DNA of 64,000 nt from Octopus sinensis (lineage: Eukaryota). The position numbers and the translations under genes are program-made. The notes beneath the pieces are model-generated. The model was given only the letters and a program-made list of their open reading frames with translations. It searched no databases and was not told the origin of the DNA. Positions 26,740 to 64,000 of this stretch are shown here, one piece after another; within the stretch, counting starts at the first letter, position 1; each line of letters starts with the position of its first letter. Location of the stretch: contig NC_042998.1 of NCBI RefSeq assembly GCF_006345805.1, positions 197,780,001 to 197,844,000 of the forward strand. Reading direction: 5' to 3'.

Positions 26740-29428
26740 CACTGGGGAACAAATTCCAATATTTTGTCCAATGAATTAGATTTAACAATTAGTTCTTGGT
26801 AATTTATGTGCACTGAGCTCGAATTTCAAGTTAGTTTAGCTCTATGAGGTCATGAATTTGGGTTGTAACTTTTGATAACATTAATAAAAGCAAGTCACGC
26901 ATCACGTTTGTTAACGCTTTTCTAAACGCCGACAAAGAGGTGCTTGACACATTTTGCTTTGTGCGGTTTTACCCATGTACAAGTACGCTCGAATAACTTT
27001 GAATATAAATAAAGCAGCTGAATTTAATCGAATGGGAATCACAGAAGAATGGTTCAATAATATTTAACTTAATTGCAATACAAGGGTGATGACCTCTTAA
27101 CATATTTTTTCCAGTCAGGGGTGGCGAGGGCCTACTAACCATAAAACTGATTTACTTTTTACTTTTTTTACTTTTCTCCTTGTTTCAGTCATTTGACTGC
27201 TGCCATGCTGGAGCACCGCCTTTAGTCGAGCAAATCGACCCCGAGACTTATTCTTTGTAAGCCCAGTACTTATTCTATCGGTCTCTTTTGCCGAACCGCT
27301 AAGTGACGGGGGCGTAAACACACCAGCATCGGTTGTCAAGCAATGCTAGGGGGTCAAACACACACACACAAACACACATACATACACATACACACATATA
27401 TACATATATACGACAGGCGTCTTTCAGTTTCCGTCTACCAAATCCACTCACAAGGCATTGGTCGGCCCGGGGCTATAGCAGAAGGCACTTGCCCAAGATG
27501 CCACGCAGTGGGACTGAACCCGGAACCATGTGGTTAGTTAGCAAGCTACTTACCACACAGCCACTCCTGCGCCTATTGCTAATTTTATTTTGTACAAAAC
27601 TTCGGGCTTCACTAAGAAAAATAAACATTGTATCGAATACCAAAATTTCGACACTGCGATTCGACCTGTGCTACATTCAAATGAAATCCCCATTCCAATA
27701 TTTAAGAACCTTCCACTTCAAGAACTAGTTGAAGATGTTCCAGAAAATATTGTTATGAACTCTGAGGAATCTGACATTGATTTTGTCCCCAGCGTATTTG
27801 AAACTCAAAGTGACCCGCAAAAGTTTAACCAGGCCGAGTTGAATGATGTTGTAAGGGATCTAAATTTGCCGAAAAAGGCTGTGGAAATTTTAGCTTCGAG
27901 ACTTAGAGAGAAAAACTTGCTTACTTCAAACACAGATAAAGAGAAGAACTTTTTAAATACTTTAGAACAGAGGATAGTTTAGTATATTGCTGAGACATAC
28001 CTGGTTTGTTACAGGAGATAGGAGTTGAGTCTTACGATGAAAATGGTTGGCGCTTGTTTTTAGACAGTACGAAAAGAAGTCTTAAGTGTGTGTTGTTGTA
28101 TAATGGCAATCTGTACGGCTCGATACCGATTGGGCACTCAACAAATTTGTTTTAAAAAATGAACATATAGAAAAGGTTTAAAATCTTATCAAACGTAGGG
28201 AGGACAAGTGGGTCATATGTGTTGACATAAAATGCTTAATTTTCTATTAGGACAATAAGCAGGGTATACTAAATATCCATGTTTCCTTTGCTTATGGGAC
28301 AGCAGAGCCAAGGAAGAATATTATTTCAAACAAATCTGGTCAGCACGAAAATCACTTACAGTCGGAGAAAAAAACGTAATAAATCCAACTTTAGTGACCA
28401 GAGATAAAATTATATTTCCCCCTCTGCATATCAAGCTAGGCCTCATTAAACAGTATGTAAATGCTTTAGATAACTTCAAAATTTCCTAGTTTAAGTTATG
28501 AAGAAATCAAGGCAGTAATTTTCGTACAGTCTAAAAACAAGCACCAATAATTTTCATCGTAAGACTCAACTCCCATCTCCTGTAACAAACCAGGTATTTC
28601 TCAGCAATATACTAAACTATCCTCTGTTCTAAAGTATTTAAGAAGTTCTTCTCTTTATCTGTGTTTGAAGTAAGCAAGTTTTTCTCTCTAAGTCTTGAAG
28701 CTAAAATTTCCACAGCCTTTTTCGGCAAATAAGAACATTGATTAAAGACCGCAATTTCCCTAATGTCATGAATGAACGCCAAACAAAATGCCTGGTTCTC
28801 ATTTGTGGGTTTGATAGAAAACTTATTAGGCAATTATAGAGTAGATAACTACGAAGGAATCGTAAAAGAACATTTAAGGGTCTACAAAGTATTAGGTTGC
28901 AACATGAGCGCTAAAATGTATTTTTTGGATAGCCATCTTGACCAACTTCCAAGTAATTTAGGTGCTATAAGTGACGAACAAGGACAGAGATTCCACCAAG
29001 ATATCAACATTATGGAGAAACGGTACCAAAGACGGTGGGATTTCCATATGATGGCTGATTACTGTTGGTGCTTGAAAAGACACTTGCCATCAACACTGAA
29101 ATATACTTTAAAGTTTTATAACAGAAACTTTTTTGCCAGAATGAAAGCTTCATGTCTCTAGTTTTCCCTTTCAAGTCATTTCTGTCGTTACAATGTAATT
29201 TTACTGTAGTTTGAACTACTTGGATTCATGAAACTTGAAAATAAATTCGAACACATAAATGGCTCAATTTTTAGTCCTTATTTGAAAAATCTGGAAGATG
29301 GCACATAAACTATTGACAAGAATCTGGAAACTGATAGAGCCAAACCGAGTTAAAATTCGCATTCAATTCACCCAAATTACTCAGAATCAATTGTCACACA
29401 TCATTCAGTAAAATATGGGTCCTCAGTG
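26740..29428 (+). mobile_element. Chapaev3-like (CMC) DNA transposon, degraded
   Basis: CACTG...CAGTG imperfect TIRs; transposase remnants FNQAELNDVVRDLNLPK, WRLFLDS.KRSLKCVLL, GYTKYPCFLCLWDSRA, PPLHIKLGL, SDEQGQRFHQDI, MMADYCW; contains a SINE A insertion. Confidence 0.8.
27150..27574 (-). mobile_element. SINE family A inserted in the Chapaev3 element
   Basis: Family match. Confidence 0.88.
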
Positions 29429-29866
29429 TTTATTCGCCACTGTAAGGGTGTGATTCACGTAGAGAGTTAAGAGGGCAACTTTAAAGTCAGGCAGATTGTG
29501 AATGAGGGCTGAAGAAAAAATATGTGTTCAACTGAAATGTAACCCTATTTTCAACATAAACGAGATCCTACATCTATTGATATATAATAATTTTATATAC
29601 AGTACTCTAAATCTATATAACAGTTTTATGTATGAGACCCTGTATCAATTTAACATCTTATATGTCTGACTATACATGTATATAACAATTTAAACATGTA
29701 ATGCATTATATATATATAACAGTTTTATACATGTCCCCCCCATATCTACATAACAGATTTGTACATGAGAATTTACAACAATTTAGCAGTTATAAATGAA
29801 ACCTTATAATCTATGTAACAACAATATATAAGACACTTGTTCCAAGTAAGAGGTTTATATATGAAA

Positions 29867-29901
<35 letters not shown>

Positions 29902-30262
29902 ATATAGAAGTGGGGACTCGTGTATAACTGTTCTGTAGCTGTAGGGTCTCATTTATATGCAGGTAATGTATATGTACATATGTGTGTATGTGTGTGATTA
30001 AATAAGTGCCAAGGGAACAGGAATTACATAATCAATTTCTCCGAGGAGGCTAGCTATAAGGTGACGAACAAGCACTCAGCTCTGGATGCACTGCACCTTA
30101 GAGCAGAAACAGCTGTAAGCTAATGAAGTTGATTACCTAATTCCTGTTCCCTTGTCGTTTATTTAACTTTTGATTACGCACTGTACTCGACTAACACTTT
30201 AATTTGAAGCATTTGTATATTAAGTTATAACAGCAGGTTATTAGTACACCTATACCCGAGCG

Positions 30263-30301
<39 letters not shown>

Positions 30302-30309
30302 CTTAACTA

Positions 30310-30770
30310 TCTAAGCTGTATTTTAATGAGGATGGTTTCAACACCTGTTATATTGCATTTCGTTAGCACCCCACTGTTACGAATATGGTCACTGTTACGG
30401 ATATGTTGGAGAGTACGCAAACATCGCATATGAAAGACATCGTGCTGGTTGATGCACTTCTGCTACAGATTCCAAGATTCAGCACCATAAAGCAATGTTG
30501 TTAAGACCACCGACTTATATACATCGTCTTTCACCGTCAACAATACATCTTGGCTGTTCCAAAGTCTGTGATAGAGCTTAACGAAAGTGAAAGTAGCCTT
30601 CCTGATTCTGGACTCAATTTTTTTTATCCATCTTAGCATCACTGGACACAATGGAACCAAGGTATGTGAAAGAGGAAACAGTTTTTAAGGCTTTCCCATC
30701 AACATATACAGTAGGGGCAGTGCGGGACGATGGTCACGAATGGGTTGAACGACAAACTCAGTTTTCTTGG
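30310..30770 (-). mobile_element. RTE-clade LINE fragment
   Basis: IESRIRKA..F..LYHRLW...VYKSVVLTTLLYGAESW...FHMRCLR. Confidence 0.8.
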
Positions 30771-31021
30771 TATGTTTACGTACAAAGTTAATATCAAAAA
30801 ATTCATGAGCAAATTAAATAAATATTTAAAAGCTACGAACAAGCCAACTGGAGTTGCTAAAAATAACGGTCAAACTAATGTTTAAAACAGACATTTATTA
30901 GTTTAAAAAGTTCAAGAACGAAAGTTTTCAATACATTCTATGGTTTTATAAAATAAATTATCTTTCACGTATCTCCTTCTCCACATAAAATCACAACTAT
31001 AAGAGTCAACCATGCCCAGGT

Positions 31022-31045
31022 ACTTCCTTCCTTCATTTCTTCCCT

Positions 31046-31111
<66 letters not shown>

Positions 31112-31197
31112 TTTCTTTCTTTCTTTCTTTCTTTCTTTCCCTCTTTCTTTCTTTCTTTTTTTCTTTCCGTCTTTCTTTCTTTCTTTCTTTCTTCATT

Positions 31198-31235
<38 letters not shown>

Positions 31236-31281
31236 TTCCATCATTTCTTTCTTTCTTTCCCTCTTTCTTTCCTTCCTTCCT

Positions 31282-31314
<33 letters not shown>

Positions 31315-31735
31315 TTCCTTCTTTCTTTCTTTCTTTCTTCTTCTTTCTTTCTTTCTTTCTTCATTTCTTTCTTTCTTCCTTCCTTCCTTCCTTTCTTTCT
31401 TTCTTTCCCTCTTTCTTTCTTTCTTTCTTTCTTTCCCTCTTCCTTCCTTCCTTTCTTTCTTTCCTTCTTTCTTTCTTTCTTTCTTTCTTTCTTTCCTTCT
31501 TTCTTTCTTTCTTTCTTTCTTTCTTTCCTTCTTTCTTATTTCTTTTTTCTTTCCCTCTTTCTTTCTTTCTTTCCTTCTTTCTTCCTTCCTTCCTTCCTCA
31601 TTCTTTCTTTCTTCTTTCTTTTTTTTTTTATTCTTTCTACTCCTCTTTCTTTTTTCTTTCTTTCTTTCTTCTTTCTTTTTTCTTTCTTTCTTTCTTCTTT
31701 CTTTCTTTCTTTCTTCTTTCTTTCTTCTCCCATCC
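31022..31735. repeat. (TTTC)n polypyrimidine tract
   Basis: Direct reading. Confidence 0.97.
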
Positions 31736-32225
31736 TTCATTGTTTCAGCTTCCTTTTGACCTATTGTATCTAAATCGAATTTTGCCATTATCTGTTCTAG
31801 TATCCAAGTCATGGCAGCCGAATATTCTGCACTTGCTCCCGATTTGAGGCAAACAACAATTTTCGCCCCAGGTGTAGCACAAACCTCTCTCGCCGTGAGG
31901 TGTGTTTACCTGTGTGTGCGCGCACGCGTTTCCTAGACTATAATATACAATGCATTCCTATGCAATTTTCGTTGAAAGTGCACAAAATGTGTCAATTATA
32001 AAATTATCTCGACTGAAATAACAACCCTATTACGTGAAATATAATACTGGGAGTGCTGCAGAGGATTGAACAAGTGCAAGCATCATTGTTATCAAAGAAG
32101 GTAGACACAATAATTCGAAACGTAATTAAACGATCAGGAAATTAACCTCACGCAGAATCAACAATACTTACCTTTACTTATGTCTCTGTGTCCTAATCAC
32201 CGACGACCTTTAGAAGGTTACTATT

Positions 32226-32467
32226 TTACTCTTTTTACTCTTTTACTTGTTTCAGTCATTTTGACTGCGGCCATGCTGGAGCACCGCCTTTTTAGTCGAG
32301 CAAATCGACCCCGGGACTTATTCTTTTGTAAGCCCAGTACTTATTCTATCGGTCTCTTTTGCCGAACCGCTAAGTGACGGGGACGTAAACAAACCAGCAT
32401 CGGTTGTCAAGCAATGCCGGGGGGACAAAACAATACACACAAACACACACACACACACCACACACAC

Positions 32468-32506
<39 letters not shown>

Positions 32507-32638
32507 CGATAGGCTTCTTTCAGTTTCCGTCTACCAAATCCACTCACAAGGCATTGGTCGGCCCGGGGCTATAGCAGAAGATACTTGCCCAAGATGCCAC
32601 GCAGTGGGACTGAACCCGGAACCATGTGGTTGGTTAGC
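32226..32638 (-). mobile_element. SINE family A
   Basis: Family match; further copies at 33933-34310 (-), 45353-45807 (-), 51332-51748 (+). Confidence 0.88.
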
Positions 32639-33069
32639 GAGTTTTGAAATTATAATTAATGTCAGCTAAAACATTTTTTTCTTTTCACGAAGCAAAATCT
32701 GAGCTTTTCAGTACAGAACTGAAATAGATTCTTATTTTCAAAGAACATTATCGTGTCGGGTAGTTTTACGCCCTTCACGTTGGGGATCAAAGTTTTTACT
32801 ATGCATATATTTTGTATAATATCTGAAATGTTTCCAGTTGTTTTCTACTTGAAGCATAAACACTAATACCTCATTACATATTGGTTTCAAATGTTTTACA
32901 CAAGCCCAGGCCAGCAATTTCGGGGGAGACGTAAGTCGATTACAGCGACCCCAGTGCTCAACTGGTACTCGAAAAGGATGAAAGGCAAAGTAGGCCATAA
33001 CAAAATTTGAACTCAGAGCATGAGACGGACTAAATGCCGTTAAGCATTTCATCCGGCGTGCTAACGATT

Positions 33070-33488
33070 ACTATTTCTTTATTGCCCACAAGGGGCTAAA
33101 CGTAGAGGGGACAAACAAGGACAGACAAACGGATTAAGTTGATTATATCGACCCCAGTGCGTAATTGGTACTTAATTTATCGACCCCGAAAGGATGAAAG
33201 GCAAAGTCGACCTCGGCGGAATTTGAACTCAGAACGTAACGGCAGACGAAATACCTATTTCTTTACTACCCACAAGGGGCTAAACACAGAGGGGACAAAC
33301 AAGGACAGACAAACGGATTAAGTTGATTATATCTACCCCAGTGCGTAACTGGTACTCATTTAATCGACCCCGAAAGGATGAAAGGCAAAGTCGACCTCGG
33401 CGGAATTTGACCTCAGAACGTAACGGCAGACGAAATACGGCTACGCATTTCGCCCGGTGTGCTAACGATTCTGCCAGCTCTCGCCACC
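33070..33488 (-). mobile_element. SINE family C tandem dimer
   Basis: Two ~184-bp units with a single head. Confidence 0.88.
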
Positions 33489-35013
33489 TTACGCTTTACT
33501 GTATATTACTACCTGTTGTTTTATGAGTTAACTAGAGAGACTCTAAACGATTGCTCAGCCTCCTAGAAAAAGCAGCTAAATCGCTTTCATGCAACGCTTG
33601 ACAGTCTGAAAAAATGGAAGAACACATTAAATCATGTTGACGACTTACATGTCCCTTAAATGGTGTGATGGGCAGGGCTGGAATACCTTTGATCATAAAT
33701 CGAATAAATTAGGAGTGAGTTTGGGATAAACAATAACCTTTATATTTTCTTCAAAATGGTTATCGATAACTGTTTAAAAAAGGATATTTTCTTCAATGAC
33801 AAAATGTAAGAAAGATTTTAATTGTATCACGTGATAATGATCAAGTTTAAGATTATTAATCGTATTTTAAGAAACCTGACAAATCGTCAGGGAAAGTTTC
33901 ACATTTTATATATTTCTCTTTTTTTTTTTTTTTTTACTTGTTTCAGTCATTTTGACTGCGGCCATGCTGGAGCACCACCTTTAAATCGAGCAACTCGACC
34001 CCGGGACTTATTCTTTGTAAGCCCAGTACTTATTCTATCGGTCTCTTTTGCCGAACCGCTAAGTAACGGGGACATAAACACACCAGCATCGGTTGTCAAG
34101 CAATGCTAGGGGTACAAACACAGACACACAAACATACACGCACATACATATATATATACATATATACGACGGGCTTCTTTCAGTTTCCGTCTACCAAATC
34201 CACTCACAAGGCTTTGGTCGGCCCGAGGCTATAGTAGAAGACACTTTCGCAAGGTGCCACGCAGTGGGACTGAACCCAGAACCATGTGGTTGGTAAACAA
34301 GCTACTTACCAATAGATATTCTATGTTAATCGATGTCTATAGCCAACGCGGTAACTTGGACAATAGCATCGGTTCAAACAAAATATTTGCTGTGGCCTTT
34401 TGTTGACGGAAACTGTATGGTAGCCCGTTGGGTGTGCTCAGCCTATTCTCCTGTTCTTGAGTGGTAGCTTTAATTGGTTTAAACCACTTTGTGACCTTTG
34501 GTCACCTTTAACGGGATATACTCTGTCGCATTCATTCCAGCCAACTCTCTAGTCTTGGGATAACTTCCTCTCTTCCAGTCACAGTAACCATGATAAACGC
34601 TACTGACTAAACGATACAAAAAATGAGAAATTCCCTTGTTTTCTTGACCGATATTGGCCATCATACGACAGGTTTTTCTCCTCACTACGGATGCAAGTTT
34701 AGTTAATGAAATATTTTTAGCCAACCACATTCATTTGTATTAGCACGTAAATGTTATCGAAATTGTTATGATTTGAAAATTTCAATTTGGGGACATATCT
34801 GATCCAGTTTTTTCAGTCACTTCAGTAAGCGCGAAATATATTTCGTATGTGTAACGCTATATGTTCAAGTTTTCTTCGATAACTTACAATTTTAATGTTC
34901 CTGGAAACGGATAGAATAATGTACTAAATAAGGTTTCTTGAAGATGTACAATAAAAACCGATTGACAGCTTGCGAAACAGAGAGTCGAGCAAAATAAGCA
35001 TCTATACCATATT

Positions 35014-35392
35014 GTGGAGGCGCAATGGCCCAGTGGTTAGGACAGCGGACTCGCGGTCATAGGATCGCGGTTTCGATTCCCAGACCGGGCGTTGTGAATG
35101 TTTATTGAGCGAAAACACCTAAAGCTCCACGAGGCTCCGGCAGGGGATGGTGGCGATCCCTGCTGTACTCTTTCACCACAAACTTTCTATCACTCTTACT
35201 TCTGTTTCTTTTATACCTGTAGTTCAAAGGGCCGGCCTTGTCACTCTCTGTGTCACGTGAATATCCCCGGAACTACGTTAGGGTACACGTGTCTGTTAGG
35301 GCTCAGCCACTTTAAACGTAATTCCAACGAGCAGGCTGTTCCGTTGATTCGGATCAACGGAACCCTCGTCGTCGTAACCGACGGAGTGCTTC
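35014..35392 (+). mobile_element. SINE family B
   Basis: Family match, TSD about TATACCATATT; further copies at 37745-38136 (+), 40382-40985 (-, partial tandem), 46529-46890 (-), 50692-51090 (+), 62680-63065 (-). Confidence 0.9.
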
Positions 35393-35719
35393 CATATACC
35401 ATATTAAAGGAGTGATAAACATAGAGTGAGTGAGTTTAAAAGGCTACATGCCTTAATCATATTAGAATAGGTAAATCAAGGCGGCGAGCTGGCAGAATCG
35501 TTAGCACGCCGGGCGAAATGCGTAGCGTATTTCGTCTGCCGTTACGTTCTGGGTTCAAATTCCGCCGAGGTCGACTTTACCTTTCATCCTTTCGGGGTCG
35601 ATAAATTAAGTACCAGTTACGCACTGGGGTAGATGTAATCGACTTAATCCCTTTGTCTGTCCTTAATCCCTTTGTCTGACATATCGACAGCATCAACTGG
35701 TAAGATGTGATAAAGGTAA

Positions 35720-35972
35720 CGAAAAGGCATGTCGCGTCGTGCCCAACAACAGTGTCTCAGAGATCACTAGCTTCTTGAACGTTGTCAGATCTGCATGTTC
35801 AGGGCCAAGAAAGTCCTAGAAACCTCTGACATTCGAGACCAATTAATATTCACAGCAGTGAGGAGCATCCAGCAGTTCCGGGAGTTTATCGACATCAACC
35901 ACAATGGGTCAATGAGGGCCCTTGCCGAATACCTAGCGGTGGCGGAGTCCGCCGTCAGACTCATACTGCACA
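35720..35972 (+). mobile_element. maT/Tc1 transposase N-terminal (HTH) fragment
   Basis: EITSFLNVVRS and IDIN..GSMRALAEYLAVAESAVRLILH resemble the HTH region of the 12362-12934 ORF. Confidence 0.45.
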
Positions 35973-36009
35973 AAGTTATATTTCCATGCAACTGCTCTCT
36001 TTATCATAC

Positions 36010-36608
36010 CTATTTCTTTATTACCCAAAAGGGGCTAAACACAGAGGGCACAAACAAGGACAGACATAGGTATTAAGTCGATTACATCGACCCCAGTGCG
36101 TAACTGGTACTTAATTTATCGACCCCGAAAGGATGAAAGGCAAAGTCGACCTCGGCGGAATTTGAACTCACAACGTAACGCAGACGAAATACCTATTTCT
36201 TTATTATCCACAAGGGGCTAAACACAGAAGGGACAAACAAGGACAGACATAGGTATTAAGTCGATTACATCGACCTCAGTGCGTAACTGGTACTTAATTT
36301 ATCGACCCCGAAAGGATGAAAGGCAAAGTCGACCTCGGCGGAATTTGAACTCACAACGTAACGCAGACGAAATACCTATTTCTTTATTATCCACAAGGGG
36401 TTAAACACAGAAGGGACAAACAAGGACAGACATAGGTATTAAGTCGATTACATCGACCCAGTGCGTAACTGGTACTTAATTTATCGACACCGAAAGGATA
36501 TGAAAGGCAAAGTCGACCTCGGCGGAATTTGAACTCACAACGTAACGGCAGACGAAATACCGCTAAGCATTTCGCCCGGCGTGCTAACGTTTCTGCCAGC
36601 TCGCCGCC
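36010..36608 (-). mobile_element. SINE family C tandem trimer
   Basis: Three ~184-bp units with one head; TSD-like TTAT(C/G)ATACC. Confidence 0.9.
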
Positions 36609-36807
36609 TTATGATACCTGCGCCGATAATGGGGTCATAGGAAGCGGCGTTGAATAAATTGTTCCTTTGATGTACCGAGTGATGTTTCTCTGAGAATACG
36701 ACATTTTTCTTTTTGTGGTTTGATACAGTCTTTCTTTGTATTTTGTTTTGCTTTGTTTTGCCTGGAACACTAAGCTAAGTTTATCGTTTGTTCGTATGAT
36801 AGTGTGT

Positions 36808-36845
<38 letters not shown>

Positions 36846-37056
36846 TGTTTAAGAGTTTGTGTCTTTGCATGTTTGTGTATGTATGTGTACTGGGAGGGAG
36901 AGAGAAAGAGAGAGAGAACGAGAGTGGAGGGAGGGGGGAGATTGAGAAAGAGTTGGGGAGAGATGAAGAGATGAGAGAAAGAGAGAGAAAGCGGAATATA
37001 CAGCCTGAAAGTTGTAGCTACGCGCGCGCGCACACAAACACTAACACTCACACAGT

Positions 37057-37093
<37 letters not shown>

Positions 37094-37159
37094 ACACGCG
37101 CACAGATACATACACACCTAGTTTCAGAGACAAACCCTCTTACATCCGTGACAGCACAC

Positions 37160-37202
<43 letters not shown>

Positions 37203-37253
37203 AGCAGTTTGTAGTAGCTACAAGTTTGTTATTTTCTTTTTCAGTACAACAAC

Positions 37254-61205
<23,952 letters not shown>

Positions 61206-61520
61206 CTGTGACTCCTGTGACTCCCCTCTCAACGTTCCTGGATGTTCATGCTGATGACGGCCATGATGTTAATGAGTAATGGCGATTATGAACACCATAA
61301 TGATGAGGATGTTGATAAACAGCGGTGATGGTGAAGATTATAATAAAATGTATTTAACCGCTGGAAATTGTTTTGAAACTTAATAAAAACGCATAGATAA
61401 ATTATTTCGTTAAATTATTTCTAATTTTATGCACTCCCTATATTTTTCTCTTGTATCGTACTACATACGCTATATATTTGTACAATGATACATTTAGGAG
61501 CTCTTTATTAATCCATATAT

Positions 61521-61600
<80 letters not shown>

Positions 61601-61792
61601 ATTTATATATATATATATATATAACGGGAAGCTTTATGAAAATAAACAAAAGACGAAGGCAGGTGGAATATAACAAACAATTGTATTAGTATGGCGCTCA
61701 GGAATATAAATAAAACAAGTCTTTAACGTTTCGAGCCTACGCTCTTCAACAGAAAGATACACAGAAAAGAAACACAGAAAAGAAACAAGGAG

Positions 61793-61850
<58 letters not shown>

Positions 61851-62012
61851 ATATATATATATCTAATATAGGATAAAAATTTCGAAAAAATTTTATCAAT
61901 GGCCAGCATATTAAAAAAATACCTTTAAAGATTAAATTTATAAACAACTTATAAACAAGGGCAATAAAAAAAAAAGAATTTAATGCCAAATATGCCGAAA
62001 TAGACTTAATCG

Positions 62013-62291
62013 TCAATAACCATATAATTTATCACTATAAGCACGCGTCTCGTAATTACTTCTGCGATGAAGCAGCGATGAGGGTGAACGGGCGGCAGCC
62101 GCAGTATCCAACAGTCGATGGCTCGAACGTTGCTCTTCACTTTGTGTTGATCGCGAACGTGTTGTCGTTGCAGCGGTCCGTGTACGGCGGGGAGGACGCT
62201 GCCCTTGCGTTTCAGAAGCTCGCTTTAATCTCTTACGCTTAGCTTGGGAAGTCGCTCGACTAATGTCAGACCTTCTTCGACCTGGCATCAT
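62013..62291 (-). mobile_element. Possible Helitron Rep/Hel N-terminal fragment
   Basis: MPGRRRSDISRATSQAKRKRLKRASETQ...QSEEQRSSHR resembles the basic ETxEQR-type N-termini of animal Helitron ORFs. Confidence 0.4.
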
Positions 62292-63422
62292 CTAGAAACT
62301 TGTTTAATTTCGTAAAAATAAAAAGCAGTTGATGGGAGCAAAAAAAAAAACAGTGATTCAACACCGAGCAGCTAAAGGTAACGTATAGGGATTAAGGAGG
62401 ATTAAAGCAAAGTAGATACAAATATCAAAACAGACAACAGCTAATACAATGAGTCGTGCAAAAGTAAGGACAGCTATATGGCAAGAGGGCGCAGTAGTTG
62501 AGGTAACTGGCAAAAAACCTAACTAAAGGGGAAGCTCTAAGTAGGATGTCTGTGGGGGAGATTTTTGATAAATTTTATAGGGAGAACAGAGTAACTTAAA
62601 GAGACACTAAGGTTATATGGAGGACGTGGGTAGCAATAACGAAAAACAACAGAAACGAATACAAACAGCAAGTGGTGGATGGAAGCACTCCGTCGGTTAC
62701 GACGACGAGGGTTCCGGTTGATCCGAATCAACGGAACAGCCTGCTCGTGAAATTAACGTGTAAGTGGCTGAGCACTCCACAGACACATGTACTCTTAACG
62801 TAGTTCTCGGGGATATTCAGTGTGACACAGAGAGTGACAAGGCCGGCCCCTTGAAATACAGGTACAACAGAAACAGGAAGTAAGAGTGAGAGAAAGTTGT
62901 GGTGAAAGAGTACAGCAGAGATCACCACCATCCCCTGCCGGAGCCTCGTGGAGCTTTTAGGTGTTTTCGCTCAATAAACACTCACAACGCCCGGTCTGGG
63001 AATCGAAACCGCGATCCTATGACCGCGAGTCCGCTGCCCTAACCACTGGGCCATTGCGCCTCCACGAGTGGTAACAAGTGGTACAACGTCACTAAAGCCA
63101 GGTGAAACTGGGTAACGGTAATGATAAGCAAAGGTTCAACAGTCGAATAATCTGTTGTACACAAAAAGCAAACCGAAACGTAAGTAAGGGAGTAGTGAGG
63201 TAGAACGCAACACGGATGTCCGAAGCGTAAGTGAAGCATTCGTATGAAAATGTTTAAGTAATGGGACCGTGAGTCAAAAGAGTATGTGCTATTGGCTAAA
63301 TACCAGCCAATAAGAAGAGCAAAACTGTTCAAGTGAACGTGAAACAGGTGAGTCATGCGGTGGGAGTGGTTGTAGGTAATTCTGGGAACAATTGGTGAGA
63401 AGTGTGGTAATCTGGGATAATC

Positions 63423-64000
63423 TGTTTCTTTACTACCCACAAGGGGCTAAACACAGCGGGGACAAACAAGGACAGACAAACGGATTAAGTCGATTACATC
63501 GACCCCAGTGCGTAACTGGTACTTAATTTATCGACCCGAAAGGATGAAAGGCAAAGTCGACCTCGGAGGAATTTGAACTCAGAACGTAACGGCAGACGAA
63601 ATACCTATTTCTTTACTACCCACAAGGGGCTAAACACAGAGGGGACAAACAAAGACAGACAAAAGGATTAAGTCAATTATATCGACCCAAGTGCGTAACT
63701 GGTACTTATTTAATCGACCCCGAAAGGATGAAAGGCAAAGTCGACCTCGGCGGAATTTGAACTCAGAACGTAACGGCAGACGGACTATCTATTTCTTTAC
63801 TACCCACAAGGTGCTAAACATAGAGGGGACAAACAAGGACAGACAGAGGAATTAAGTCAATTGCATCGACCCCAGTGCTTAACTGGTACATAATTTATCG
63901 AACCCGAAAGGATGAAAGGCAAAGTCGACCACGGCGGAATTTGAACTCAGAACGTAGCAGCAGACGAAATACCGCTAAGCATTTCGCCCGGCGTGCTAAC
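63423..64000 (-). mobile_element. SINE family C tandem trimer (runs off window)
   Basis: Three ~184-bp units. Confidence 0.88.

Noticed and set aside
30912-31812. 250-aa KERK / FFLS ORFs
   Set aside because: Translations of a (TTTC)n microsatellite.
34400-34900. Possible RTE fragment on the minus strand
   Set aside because: Motifs are too decayed to support without an alignment.

Overview
Animal genomic DNA that is extremely rich in repeats; the SINE families and microsatellite load suggest a coleoid cephalopod, probably Octopus (inference). Two spliced genes can be built by hand. (1) RABL3 lies on the minus strand, with three coding exons at 4943-4988, 2636-2727 and 466-583, and runs off the left edge. 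(2) A secreted GH18 chitinase lies on the plus strand, with 10 phase-consistent coding exons from 37254 to 61205 (about 449 aa, intact DxxDxDxE motif, Thr-rich linker, no visible CBM14) and possible upstream exons near 18.0 and 19.4 kb. Most of the supplied ORFs are microsatellite or SINE artefacts. The rest of the window is tRNA-derived SINEs (three main families plus modular hybrids), Tx1/L1-clade LINEs, RTE, CR1, R4/Dong-like and CRE-like LINE fragments, non-autonomous Helitrons, Chapaev3 and maT transposon remnants, a Mutator-type MITE, Penelope-like pieces, a 25-bp minisatellite in a ~1 kb tandem duplication, and several fold-back inversions. The most notable observations are a full-length U6 snRNA fused to an RTE-type 3' tail, a (TATC)n-associated Tx1-like LINE whose 3' end is shared with an abundant multimer-forming SINE, and LINE 3' ends sitting directly in chitinase splice acceptors.
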